64,000 bases of DNA, from contig CAVZRV010000008.1 of NCBI GenBank assembly GCA_963777605.1, forward strand, positions 224,001 to 288,000, given 5' to 3'. The translations under genes were made by a program, and so were the position numbers. The notes beneath the pieces are model-generated. The model was not told the origin of the DNA and did no database searches. It saw only the letters and a list, made by a program, of their open reading frames with translations. Below are positions 1 through 9,167 of this stretch, one piece after another (position 1 is the stretch's first letter; the number at the start of each line of letters is the position of its first letter). This stretch comes from an uncultured Acidobacteriota bacterium (GTDB lineage Bacteria; Acidobacteriota; UBA6911; RPQK01; JAPXNP01).

Positions 1-1
1 C

Positions 2-1537
2 GACCAGGGGAGCCTTCTCTCTTTCCGGACGGACACCTACCCGGGGACAGCTGGCGTCTGGTCGGCAGCCGGGGGTGACGAACGGCATGCGGGGCGGCGC
101 GCCGTCACGGAGCCTCAACGGCTTTACTTCGCCCAGTTCGCGGATGGGGCGGGAGCCCTCGCGAGTCAGGTGATCCTCCTCAACCCCAACGCGAACCGGG
201 ACGTTGGAGCACGGATCGAGTTGCGTGACGACGCCGGGCAGCCTTTGACGATCGATCTGAATGGACAGGTCGTCCAGGGTGCGACGGTACTTGCTGTTCC
301 CGCCCAGGGGCTGCGGACGCTCCAGACCGATTCGTTGGGGGAACTCCAGGCCGGGTCGGCGCTGGTCGAGTCGAACGATCGACTTGCCGGACTGATTCTT
401 TTCGGGGGCAGCGTGGGCCTGGCGGGAGTCGGGGCCAGTGCGGCACAGCTCTCGCGATTTCTGGTCCCGATCGAGACTGCCTCGGGGAAGGGCTTGAACA
501 CGGGCGTTGCCATGATGAATCTCGAAGACACGGATCTTGCTGTCGGCCTGAGGCTGACTGACGGTGAAGGCCGCCCGCTGGCCCGGGCGACGCTATCCGG
601 CAGTGACAGCCTGCCCGCGGGAGGCCACCTGGCCCGCTTCGTAGACGGGTTCGACTGGGACGAACCGGTCGATTTTTCCGCGTTCGCCGGCCTGCTCGAG
701 GTTTCGGCAGCGGGCCGCCTGTCCGCGACCGCGATCCAGACCCGACCCGGGCAGTTCGCCACCATGCCCGTCACTTCATGGTCGGATCGCCAGTGGGGGA
801 AATTGCTCAGTGAAGGAATCCAGGCCCAGGTATCCGCGGGGACCGATTCTCCGTTTCACCTTCAGTTCGCGCAGTTTGCCGACGGGGCCGATGCCCTGTT
901 CAGCGAGATCCTCCTCTTCAACCCTGATGAATCGTTCACTGCCCGGGCAACTCTTCAGCTCAGGGACGACTCAGGATTGCCGATTGAAGTCGATCTCAAC
1001 GGGCAGGTCGTTGACGGATCATTGGAGGTGATTTTGCCCCCCCTTGGGATGAGGGTTCTCAAGACCGATGGGCAGGGTGACCTGGTCTCTGGTTCTGTCA
1101 CGGTGGAGTCCGATCTGCCGTTGTCCGGTGTCATTGTTTTCGGCGGAGTCGTAGGCCTGGCCGGGGTGGGGTCTAGCCAGGAGATGGTAGACGGTTTTGT
1201 CGCTCCAATCGAGACGAATGCAGCGCTGAAGACCGACACCGGGCTCGCCTTCATCAACCTTGAAGAACGGGAAACCTCCCTGGAGATGACGCTTCTCGAC
1301 CAGGATGGTGGAGTTGTGGCCGTGGCAAATCTGTCCGGGGATCAGGCGCTTCGCCCCGAAGGGCATCGGGCGCTTTTCGCAACGGAAATTGAGTGGGACC
1401 ATGTTGTTGACTTTACAAGTTTTCTCGGAACCTTGGAGGTACGGTCGGACGGGGCAATTGCGGCGACTGTGATTCAGACGCGGCCGGGCCAGTTCGCGAC
1501 AATGCCGGTCGTCCCGATAGCAACCCGCCAGAACTGA
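2..1537 (+). CDS. 5'-truncated putative surface/secreted protein ending in two tandem 217-aa FAQFADG domains
   Basis: Frame is open from base 2 (DQGSLLSFRTDTYPG...RLYFAQFADGAGALASQVILLNP) to TGA 1535-1537, so the track start at 170 is internal. Two homologous repeats, each ending TxIQTRPGQFATMPV. Confidence 0.8.
   Translation, partial: DQGSLLSFRTDTYPGTAGVWSAAGGDERHAGRRAVTEPQRLYFAQFADGAGALASQVILLNPNANRDVGARIELRDDAGQPLTIDLNGQVVQGATVLAVPAQGLRTLQTDSLGELQAGSALVESNDRLAGLILFGGSVGLAGVGASAAQLSRFLVPIETASGKGLNTGVAMMNLEDTDLAVGLRLTDGEGRPLARATLSGSDSLPAGGHLARFVDGFDWDEPVDFSAFAGLLEVSAAGRLSATAIQTRPGQFATMPVTSWSDRQWGKLLSEGIQAQVSAGTDSPFHLQFAQFADGADALFSEILLFNPDESFTARATLQLRDDSGLPIEVDLNGQVVDGSLEVILPPLGMRVLKTDGQGDLVSGSVTVESDLPLSGVIVFGGVVGLAGVGSSQEMVDGFVAPIETNAALKTDTGLAFINLEERETSLEMTLLDQDGGVVAVANLSGDQALRPEGHRALFATEIEWDHVVDFTSFLGTLEVRSDGAIAATVIQTRPGQFATMPVVPIATRQN
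122..1510 (+). repeat. Intragenic tandem duplication, 122-772 and 860-1510 (651 nt each)
   Basis: LYFAQFADGAGALASQVILLNP..DLNGQVVQG..GLILFGGSVGLAGVG..TRPGQFATMPV versus LQFAQFADGADALFSEILLFNP..DLNGQVVDG..GVIVFGGVVGLAGVG..TRPGQFATMPV; 29-aa linker between them. Confidence 0.9.
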
Positions 1538-1825
1538 TATGGTTTCTTTGACGCCGGGCCGCGAAACGACCTCCTGACGGATCGAAGTGACAATGAAGCG
1601 TATTGTCGAGCCCGTCCCGGGCATCTGTACATTGTCTATTTTCCGGACGGCGGCTCGGTAAATCTTGAAGGTGCGGAGACTCGCTCCTCGTTCTCTCTGA
1701 GATGGCTTGATGTCATGGCTGCCCCTTGGACCGACCCCCGAATTGTGGAGAGTGGAAACCTTGAGTTGGTCGCCCCGGGAGATGGAGATTGGGTAGCGGT
1801 TATTGAGCCGCCTGCTTCGCAGTAG
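1538..1825 (+). pseudogene. Start-less 95-codon fragment resembling the C-terminal putative collagen-binding domain of DUF4038-type glycoside hydrolases
   Basis: Manual translation: YGFFDAGPRNDLLTDRSDNEAYCRARPGHLYIVYFPDGGSVNL..LRWLDV..LELVAPGDGDWVAVI. In frame directly after TGA 1535-1537; no start codon or RBS seen at its 5' end. Confidence 0.6.
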
Positions 1826-3131
1826 AGTCTTCCAGTGTGATCTCGACGACGTTGTCCACAGCCTCGCGATCGAGCGACGGCAGGTGAAGGGTGGTCTGCG
1901 CGTCGCCATTTTCAAAGGAGACGGACGTCCCGGTTCCGTACATCTGAGCGGAAATCGGTCTCCTGGGGAGCCCTTCGAGGACGAGTGACGCGTCGTCCTG
2001 TTTGAGAATGTGCACGAAGACGGTATCACCCCGTTGGGTGGTAACGCCCCAGTCGGCCGGCGGCACCGGGCCTCCCCGGGTGCGATAGACGGTGTCCCCG
2101 TACTTCTCCAGCCACCTCCCGATGTCCCGCAGGATCAGAACCTGGCGCTCTTCAATGGTTCCTTCCGGCGTCGGCCCTACATTCAGGAGCAGGTTGCCGT
2201 CACCTCCGACTGTCTGAAGCAGAATCCGGATACAGTCGTTTGCCGACTTGAGCTTGTCGTTCGGCTTCCACGCCCACTGCTCTCCCAGAGTGATACAGGT
2301 CTCCCAGGGGGTTTCGGTGTTAAATGCCCCGACCTGCTGCTCGGGGGTCTCGAAGTCGCCTGCGTACTGAGCCCCCAGGCTCTTCCCCTCCATGCCCTGC
2401 CGTCCCTTGTCCACCCGATTGTTAATCAGAAGATCGGGTTTCAGCCCCCGCAACCAGGCGTAGAGATCCATCCCCATCTGGTGAGTCCAGGGCTTCTCCC
2501 ACTCCCCGTCAAACCAGAGGATCTGAGTTCCGTAGCGGTTCACCAGTTCTTCGAGCTGCATTTTCATAAAGGGGATGTACCGATCCATCGACGCTCCCGA
2601 CTTTTGAACGTCTCCGGTGTAGCGAATTGGATAGTCGGGGTGGTACCAGTCCAGAATCGAGTAGTAAGTGCCGAACAGAATGCCGCCCTGCTTGCATGCC
2701 TTCGAGACCTCCCCGACGATGTCGCGTCCGAAGGGAGTCCCGGCTACGTCGTAATCGGTCGCAGCCGAATCCCAGAGCGAAAAGCCATCGTGGTGCTTGG
2801 TGACCAGTACCAGGTAGCGCATCCCGGACTGGCGGGCGATTCGGACCCATTGGTCAGCATCAAAGTCAACGGGATTGAAGCGTTCGTAGAGCTGATCGTA
2901 CTCGGATGCCGGGACTTCGCGATCCCGGGACCAGCCGATTTCGGTGCCCTTGAGGGCCACCGGTCCCCAATGAATGAACATGCCGAACCGGAGGGCACGC
3001 CAGCGTTGAAGAGCCGGTTGGTTGGTCGTGAGTTGCGGGTAGGCTTCCCCTCCCCCTCTCAGGGCCTGCGCCCATCCACCACCGGGAAGGAGAAGACACA
3101 CTGCGATCAGCAAACCAGGTACTTTCCCCAT
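1800..3131 (-). CDS. Alpha-L-fucosidase, GH29, secreted
   Basis: RFGMFIHWG, TKHHDGF, LWFDGEW, WETCITL, GNLLLNVGP motifs; signal peptide MGKVPGLLIAVCLLLPGGGWA from ATG 3131. Confidence 0.93.
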   Translation of the reverse strand: MGKVPGLLIAVCLLLPGGGWAQALRGGGEAYPQLTTNQPALQRWRALRFGMFIHWGPVALKGTEIGWSRDREVPASEYDQLYERFNPVDFDADQWVRIARQSGMRYLVLVTKHHDGFSLWDSAATDYDVAGTPFGRDIVGEVSKACKQGGILFGTYYSILDWYHPDYPIRYTGDVQKSGASMDRYIPFMKMQLEELVNRYGTQILWFDGEWEKPWTHQMGMDLYAWLRGLKPDLLINNRVDKGRQGMEGKSLGAQYAGDFETPEQQVGAFNTETPWETCITLGEQWAWKPNDKLKSANDCIRILLQTVGGDGNLLLNVGPTPEGTIEERQVLILRDIGRWLEKYGDTVYRTRGGPVPPADWGVTTQRGDTVFVHILKQDDASLVLEGLPRRPISAQMYGTGTSVSFENGDAQTTLHLPSLDREAVDNVVEITLEDSTAKQAAQ

Positions 3132-3229
3132 ACCGGGAGAGTATGCAGATACGGAGAATTCCGCAAGTCTGCCCGCCGAGGAGATGCGTCCCCGCACGCT
3201 TCGCCGGTCAGGCCCGATTGCCCAGGGGT

Positions 3230-6200
3230 TCAGAATGTCAGCCGGAAGCCGAACTGGATCTGCCGCGGGTCGAAAGCCGAGGTGAAACCGAAGGGCCGGT
3301 TCGAAGCGACGTCGCTGCTGCCGGTCACGTGGCCGCTGTTGATCACCGTCGTGCCGATGACGTTGTTGACTCCCGAGTAGTTGACATTGTTGAAGAGGTT
3401 GAACGCCTCGAAAATCAGGTCGACGGCGACACTCTCCTGTGCCAGGGGCAGTCGTCTCGAGATGCGGAGATCCGTAGTCACATAGGCGGGTCCAGTTCCG
3501 GTGTTGCGCCCGACATTGCCGCCGCTTGAAGTCACCGGGCGATCGGTTTCCTCGTGAGTGTCCTCGTTTGCGTCGAACCCGAGGAGTAGATTGAACGGGC
3601 GCCCGCTTCCAATCGTGACGATCGGAGCCATCGTCCAGTCGGCAAGCAGATTCCGGACGAAGCCATTGTCGATCATTGGGCTGTGCGGGCTCTGGTAGAT
3701 GCCGCTGATGACGAACCTCTGCCGCTGGTCGAACGAGGAGAGGGAGCGCTCTGCCCTGAGATCGCGCTGGTTGTTTGGCTGGAGTTGGGTAATAAAGTCG
3801 GTAGTGTCGTCAATTCCCTTGCCGAAGGTGTAGGAGCCGCTGACGCTGTAACTCTGGCTGAACCGCTTCTTTAGCGAAGCCGTGAACCCGTGGTAGATCG
3901 AGCTGCCACTGGTCTCGATCATGTTCACCTGAACATAGCGAGGATCGAGTCCCGGAAGCGTGAACAGGTTGTCTCCGATCTGACGGACATTGACATCCCG
4001 GGATCGAATCAACCCAAGCCCCCGATTGAGCATGTAGTCGAGCGAAAGCGCCCAGTCCCTGGCCAGGCGACGCTCGATTCCGAAGCTTGCCTGGTGGCTA
4101 TAAGGGTTCTGGACGTTGGCCGCCCCGGGGAGGATTACGGAAGGAGTCGTTCCCGGCTGAAGACCCAGGCTTGCCAGAACACTCTCGTCGATCTTCCCGG
4201 CGGCTCGGAAAGCCCCGTAAACCTCCCTGGAGGTCGCGCTGATTCCCGGAAGGCCGGTCAGAGGCAGGAAGACCTGGGAGATTTGCCCGGAGAGCACCTG
4301 TGAGACAAAGGCGATCGCCTGGAAGAAATTCTGATAGAAGATTCCATACCCGGCGCGGATCACGGTTCCACCCGTACCATCCGGGTTCCAGGCCAGGCCG
4401 ACGCGAGGAGCAAAATTATTGTGGTCGGTGACGGCGAAGCGGTCAAGCGTAAATGGGGCGCTCTCGGAGGAAATCACGTTGAGAGTCTCCGGCCGCCAGT
4501 CGGTGTCATAGCGGACTCCCAGGTTCAGGGTGAAGGTGTTGGAGACCCTCCATGTGTCCTGGAGAAAGAGCGCCATCTGGGTGTAGTTGATGTCGGTTGT
4601 CGGATCCCCGAAGCCCTGGAAGTAGGTGATCGGGAGTCCGAGGTTGTACGACTGGACCGACGTGATCGGTTCGGTCAGGTTCGGGATCAGGTCGGGGCGC
4701 CCCAGTCCGCCCGCGCTCTGTGGGGTGCCCAGCAACGTTGCAACGGTCTGGGTGGTTCCGGTTCCCCCCGCCTGGTCAATGATCAGCCCGAGAGGAATGG
4801 CTTCCCCGAAACTGAACTGCCCCCCCAGGAAGACTTCGGCGTATCCGCCGATATTCAGGAGGTTCACATCTGCACCGGCCTTGAGGGTGTGGTTCCCCCG
4901 GATGAAGGTTGCCGCGTCGGTAACCTGAAACAACCTCTGATCGTAGCCACTCGGATTGAAGAACTCTCTCCCGAACTGGGCGACCCCGGCGAGGATGATC
5001 TCGGGTCCGTTGGGATCGTTGGTCATCGCCTTGAATTTGCGATCACCGTACTGGAACTTGGCGTCGTTGAGAGTGTTGGGGGAGAAGATGTGAGAGTCGG
5101 AAAAGACCAGCGAGAAATCGCGGGTGTCAAAACTCATGCCGTTACTGACACCCTGGAGGGCTCCAAAGTCAGCCCCGTCATTGAATGAGTTGGAGTAGCT
5201 CACCCGGGTGAAGAAATCATTGTTGTCCGAAAAGCGGTGGTCCAGCTTGACCGAGAAGAGATTCTGGTCTGCCCGGAACGGGAAGATCCCGCTTTCGTTT
5301 TCGAAGAGATTCAACGTTCCCGGAAAATTCAGCTTGGTCGTATTCAGGATTCCCACCTGAGGATTTATGAACGCCGCCGAAAGGGCGGCCAGTTTCGGGT
5401 CGCCGACAGCGCCAAGGAACCCGAACAAGGCGTTCTGAGACGAGGTTGCCTGGAAGATGGAAGGGTTATCGAGAAAGGTCACGAAATTCGACTCGTGGCG
5501 ATCCAGTCGTTCGAAGCTGCCAAAGAAGAAAGTTCGATCGCGGACGATCGGGCCGCCCAGCGTTCCTCCGTATTCGTACCGCTTGAAGGGAGGATCTTCC
5601 AGCCGGGCGAAGGCATTCCGGGCATCGAGGGCGTTGTTGCGGAAAAAGAAGAATCCGCTTCCGTGAAACGCGTTCGTCCCCGATTTGCTGACGATATTGA
5701 TAACGCCACCACGTGCCCGGCCGAATTCAGCGGAGAACGAATTCCGGCTGATCTGGAACTCCTGGATTGCGGCCTGACTCATCGTCGCGCGCACGCCGTT
5801 CGAAACGACATCGACATTGTCCGCCCCGTCGATCGTCACGTAGTTACTGCGCATATCCTGGCCGCCGAAGGAGATGCCCGAGGAGGGTGTCTGTGGCGCC
5901 GAGAAATTCACCAGGGAGTTCTTGGTGGTCGAACCCGGCGTGAGCAAGGAGAAGTCAAGGTAACTCCGTCCGTTGATCGGAAGGTTCTCGATCTGTTGTT
6001 CCTCGATCGTGGAGGCCTGCACCGTCTTCTGGCGCTCGACTATCTCGGTGCTGCCGGAGACCGTGATCGCAGTGTCCTGGGTGGAAACGACCAGGTCGAT
6101 GACGATTTCGGCGTACTGCCCGACCGTTAACTTGATTCCCTGGACTACTTTGGTGCCAAACCCCGGCATCTCGGCCCTGACCTCGTACTCGCCGGGAGGG

Positions 6201-6418
6201 AGCAGGAGAAGTTGGAAATTTCCCTCATCATCAGTTACGGAATTACGTTCGAGTCCGGTCGCTACATTGGTCGTCGTAACCGAGACTCCCGGCACGACTG
6301 CGCCCGAGGGGTCCTGCACGACGCCCCGGAGATTCGCCGTGTTCGACTGGGACTGGGCGTAACCACCCACGACCGTCACAAAAGCCAGAAGCCCTGCAAG
6401 AAACCAACTCCTTAGCAT
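3230..6418 (-). CDS. TonB-dependent receptor (Oar-like) with N-terminal carboxypeptidase-regulatory-like domain
   Basis: Signal peptide MLRSWFLAGLLAFV..; GVVQDPSGAVVPGV; LPINGRSY; FSAEFGRARGG; NNFAPRVGLAW; C-terminal RQIQFGFRLTF; GGAGG RBS before ATG 6418. Confidence 0.92.
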   Translation of the reverse strand: MLRSWFLAGLLAFVTVVGGYAQSQSNTANLRGVVQDPSGAVVPGVSVTTTNVATGLERNSVTDDEGNFQLLLLPPGEYEVRAEMPGFGTKVVQGIKLTVGQYAEIVIDLVVSTQDTAITVSGSTEIVERQKTVQASTIEEQQIENLPINGRSYLDFSLLTPGSTTKNSLVNFSAPQTPSSGISFGGQDMRSNYVTIDGADNVDVVSNGVRATMSQAAIQEFQISRNSFSAEFGRARGGVINIVSKSGTNAFHGSGFFFFRNNALDARNAFARLEDPPFKRYEYGGTLGGPIVRDRTFFFGSFERLDRHESNFVTFLDNPSIFQATSSQNALFGFLGAVGDPKLAALSAAFINPQVGILNTTKLNFPGTLNLFENESGIFPFRADQNLFSVKLDHRFSDNNDFFTRVSYSNSFNDGADFGALQGVSNGMSFDTRDFSLVFSDSHIFSPNTLNDAKFQYGDRKFKAMTNDPNGPEIILAGVAQFGREFFNPSGYDQRLFQVTDAATFIRGNHTLKAGADVNLLNIGGYAEVFLGGQFSFGEAIPLGLIIDQAGGTGTTQTVATLLGTPQSAGGLGRPDLIPNLTEPITSVQSYNLGLPITYFQGFGDPTTDINYTQMALFLQDTWRVSNTFTLNLGVRYDTDWRPETLNVISSESAPFTLDRFAVTDHNNFAPRVGLAWNPDGTGGTVIRAGYGIFYQNFFQAIAFVSQVLSGQISQVFLPLTGLPGISATSREVYGAFRAAGKIDESVLASLGLQPGTTPSVILPGAANVQNPYSHQASFGIERRLARDWALSLDYMLNRGLGLIRSRDVNVRQIGDNLFTLPGLDPRYVQVNMIETSGSSIYHGFTASLKKRFSQSYSVSGSYTFGKGIDDTTDFITQLQPNNQRDLRAERSLSSFDQRQRFVISGIYQSPHSPMIDNGFVRNLLADWTMAPIVTIGSGRPFNLLLGFDANEDTHEETDRPVTSSGGNVGRNTGTGPAYVTTDLRISRRLPLAQESVAVDLIFEAFNLFNNVNYSGVNNVIGTTVINSGHVTGSSDVASNRPFGFTSAFDPRQIQFGFRLTF

Positions 6419-6633
6419 GAACCCTCCACACTCTCCAAGTTCAGGGGGGCATCCGGTTGCCACCCCCCCAAAGACAAAAACACCCCACACAACCCGTTTC
6501 GAGCGTCGGCCATACTTGCCTCGGGCGGCAAACAAGCCGGCTCGAGCATTTCCCACAAAACTCAACCAAAAACGGAAGTTTCCCTGCGCGGGAAAGTAAA
6601 CGAAATCGTGCCCAAGGTCAAAGAAAAAACGGT

Positions 6634-7947
6634 TCAGCCCCGGAGGGCCCATCGCAGGATTGTGCGGATCCGAGGCGGTTGACCCTGCATCAGGATGCCG
6701 ACACGAAAGATCCTTCCCCCGGCCCACACCGCCAGTGAGGTCATCAGCAGGACACCGATCAAGCCCACCCAGGGTTGCCACCCTGGAATGTTCCCGGCCG
6801 TGCTGAGGCGCATCGTCATCAGCATGGGAGTGAACGGCGGTATGAACGACATCCAGGTCGAGAAAGCACTGTTCGGCTCCTGCATGACAGGGACCAGCAG
6901 GAGCATGGGGATCATCACCGGGAACATCCCTGGCATGGTCAGGTTCTGGGCATCCTTGGCGTCGCTGCAGGCAGCACCGAGGGAGGCCAGGATCGAACCC
7001 ATCATCAAGATTGCCAGCACCATGAATACCAGGAACCAGGGGAAAACCCGGAAAGGGATGAGTCCGGCAAAGCCGAGGTTGGAAAGCGCCAGCACTCCTG
7101 CGGCAATGTAGACCGTCGAAGCGGTCAGCGAAACACTAACTCCGCCAAGGACCTTTCCCATCATGAATTCGAATGGGCCTACCGAACCCAGCATGACCTC
7201 CGCGATGCCCTGGGTCTTCTCCTCCATGACTGCATTGAGCAAAGGAACTGCCCCCATCATCACCATCATGAACATGAGGAAAGTGATCCCCATCGGAACT
7301 CCGATGGCACGTCCTTCACTGGTTTCTGTCGCAGGCCCAACAGTGCCGTCCCTGCCTTGAGAAACGAGATCGGTCGGCTGAACGTCGTACCAGGCGAACA
7401 GGTAGTCCAGGTCTTTCTCGTCCACTCCGAGAGAAGCCAGTCGCGCTTTCCTGACCTCTCGATTTATTCGCTGGTTGAACCAGTTGCGGGTGTTGTCAAG
7501 AGCGGGGTTGGATGCGAAGTAACGGGGCCGTTCGACATCCCGGCCGGGATCCGCCGTCAGCAGGCCGGTCGGCAATTCCAGGAAGGCATGCAACTCCCGG
7601 TGCCGGACCTGGTTGCTCAACTCCAGCCTCAACTGATCCCGGTCGCGGCCGGCGGGGTCAATCTGCTCGAGGATGTAACGGGGTCGGACCTGGGCGCCGC
7701 TTTCTTCGTCAAAGATCTCGTTCTGGTTCCGCTTCTCCGCGGCTGCGATGAGAGAATCGGCCAGCTGTCCCGTGTAGTCGACAATGACAATCTTCTCATC
7801 GCTCAGGTCCACCTGGTCTTCGAACAGGGCCATTACGATAAAACTGCCTCCCATCAGAATCGGAGCCAACAGCAAACCAATAATGAAGCCCTTCGTCTTA
7901 ACGGCGGCAAGGTACTCCCGGCGTGCGATCTTAAGCGCCCGTTCCAT
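6634..7947 (-). CDS. ABC-2 type exporter permease (NatB-like)
   Basis: IARREY start, large periplasmic loop, VMEEKTQGIAEVML, MMGKVLG, IPPFTP, multiple TM helices; overlaps the ATPase gene. Confidence 0.9.
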   Translation of the reverse strand: MERALKIARREYLAAVKTKGFIIGLLLAPILMGGSFIVMALFEDQVDLSDEKIVIVDYTGQLADSLIAAAEKRNQNEIFDEESGAQVRPRYILEQIDPAGRDRDQLRLELSNQVRHRELHAFLELPTGLLTADPGRDVERPRYFASNPALDNTRNWFNQRINREVRKARLASLGVDEKDLDYLFAWYDVQPTDLVSQGRDGTVGPATETSEGRAIGVPMGITFLMFMMVMMGAVPLLNAVMEEKTQGIAEVMLGSVGPFEFMMGKVLGGVSVSLTASTVYIAAGVLALSNLGFAGLIPFRVFPWFLVFMVLAILMMGSILASLGAACSDAKDAQNLTMPGMFPVMIPMLLLVPVMQEPNSAFSTWMSFIPPFTPMLMTMRLSTAGNIPGWQPWVGLIGVLLMTSLAVWAGGRIFRVGILMQGQPPRIRTILRWALRG

Positions 7948-8851
7948 TGACTTCCTCCCCTGATGGCTCGCCGGCGATCCGGACAAAAATGTCGTGAAGC
8001 GACGGGTGTACGACTTCGAACCTTCGCACGCGGGCCTTCGGTACGAGCCGGACCAGGATGTCCTGGGGGTCGGCCCCGGCCAAGAGGCGAACTTCCTGGA
8101 CCTGGCCGTAATCCCGGACTCGTTCGACCTCGGGCATTCCGCGAAGCAAATCCGTTCCGCCGTCACACGCGACCCGCACGGTATCGACGCCATAGCTGGC
8201 CTGGATGTTCTCGAGCGTTCCGTCCAGCACCTTTTCCCCTTTGAAAATCATGAAGATGAAATCACAAAGGCGTTCGGCGACATTCATGTCGTGGGTGCTG
8301 AAGATGACCGTCGTGCCAGAACGCCTCAGATCAAGGATGGCTTCCCGCAAGGTTTCCGCGTTGACCGGGTCCAGTCCGGAGAATGGTTCATCCAGAATGA
8401 GCAGCCTCGGACGGGCGACGACCGTGGCAATAAATTGGACCTTCTGGCTCATGCCCTTGCTCAGCGCCTCTACTTTCCGGGAGGCCCACTTGGCGAGCCC
8501 AAGCCGATCGAGCCAGTAATCCACTTCACGGGAAACGTTCTCGCCATTCTTCAGGTGCCCGAAAAAGAGCAGGAGATCGCGGACCTTCATCTTCCGATAA
8601 AGGCCCCTTTCCTCGGGAAGGTAACCAATGTAATCGGAGGGCGAGGTCCCGGGGGACTGCTGAAAAACGCGAATCGATCCTCGATCCGGGTAGTAGATAT
8701 TCATGATCATTCGGAGCGTGGTCGTTTTGCCCGAGCCGTTTGGTCCGATGAATCCGTAGACGGAACCCTCCGGCACTACCAGCGAAAGGTCATCGACGGC
8801 GGTCACGTCCCCGAAGGTCTTGGTCACCCTGTTCAGTTCGACAATATTCAT
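7931..8851 (-). CDS. ABC transporter ATP-binding protein
   Basis: Walker A GPNGSGKT, signature LSKGM, Walker B LILDEP, H-loop STH. Confidence 0.95.
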   Translation of the reverse strand: MNIVELNRVTKTFGDVTAVDDLSLVVPEGSVYGFIGPNGSGKTTTLRMIMNIYYPDRGSIRVFQQSPGTSPSDYIGYLPEERGLYRKMKVRDLLLFFGHLKNGENVSREVDYWLDRLGLAKWASRKVEALSKGMSQKVQFIATVVARPRLLILDEPFSGLDPVNAETLREAILDLRRSGTTVIFSTHDMNVAERLCDFIFMIFKGEKVLDGTLENIQASYGVDTVRVACDGGTDLLRGMPEVERVRDYGQVQEVRLLAGADPQDILVRLVPKARVRRFEVVHPSLHDIFVRIAGEPSGEEVNGTGA

Positions 8852-9167
8852 TTATGACTCCGGCGTTCAACATTACGCGGAAGCACCAGTTTTGTTCACA
8901 GTTGGCAAGTGGCGCAAGTCCGCTCTTCGACGCTCGAGCCGGCCCGGAGTCAACCAGGGAAGCGGCCGAAAGCTTATGGATTCCTGAGTCGGCGCATAGT
9001 CTAATGACAACGGGACTGCGAGTTCGTGACGACCCCGGCTCCAGGAGGCTTTGCGGAGAAATGCCGTTCGCCTTACAAGCTGGCGTGAGAATCGTGCGAG
9101 GCCGGCGGTCCGGTGGGCAACGTTCTGTGCGGGAAACTGAAACTGCAGGCAACTGAGGGGACAGGAA

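Noticed and set aside
2010-3380. Long antisense ORFs here and at 20411-21757, 22118-23563, 34640-35977, 41860-43077, 43380-44594 and 62723-64000
   Set aside because: All lie opposite well-supported genes and have no recognisable protein features.
6419-6781. N-terminal extensions in the ORF track for the TonB receptor (also korB, rnfC, ABC permease, emrB, MR/MLE, YidE, GH95)
   Set aside because: They overlap neighbouring genes or intergenic DNA; downstream starts fit RBS, signal peptide or translational coupling better.
8995-9032. GAGTTCGTGAC resembling one half of the LytTR box near the ABC exporter
   Set aside because: The second half-site is poor and the orientation is away from the ABC genes.
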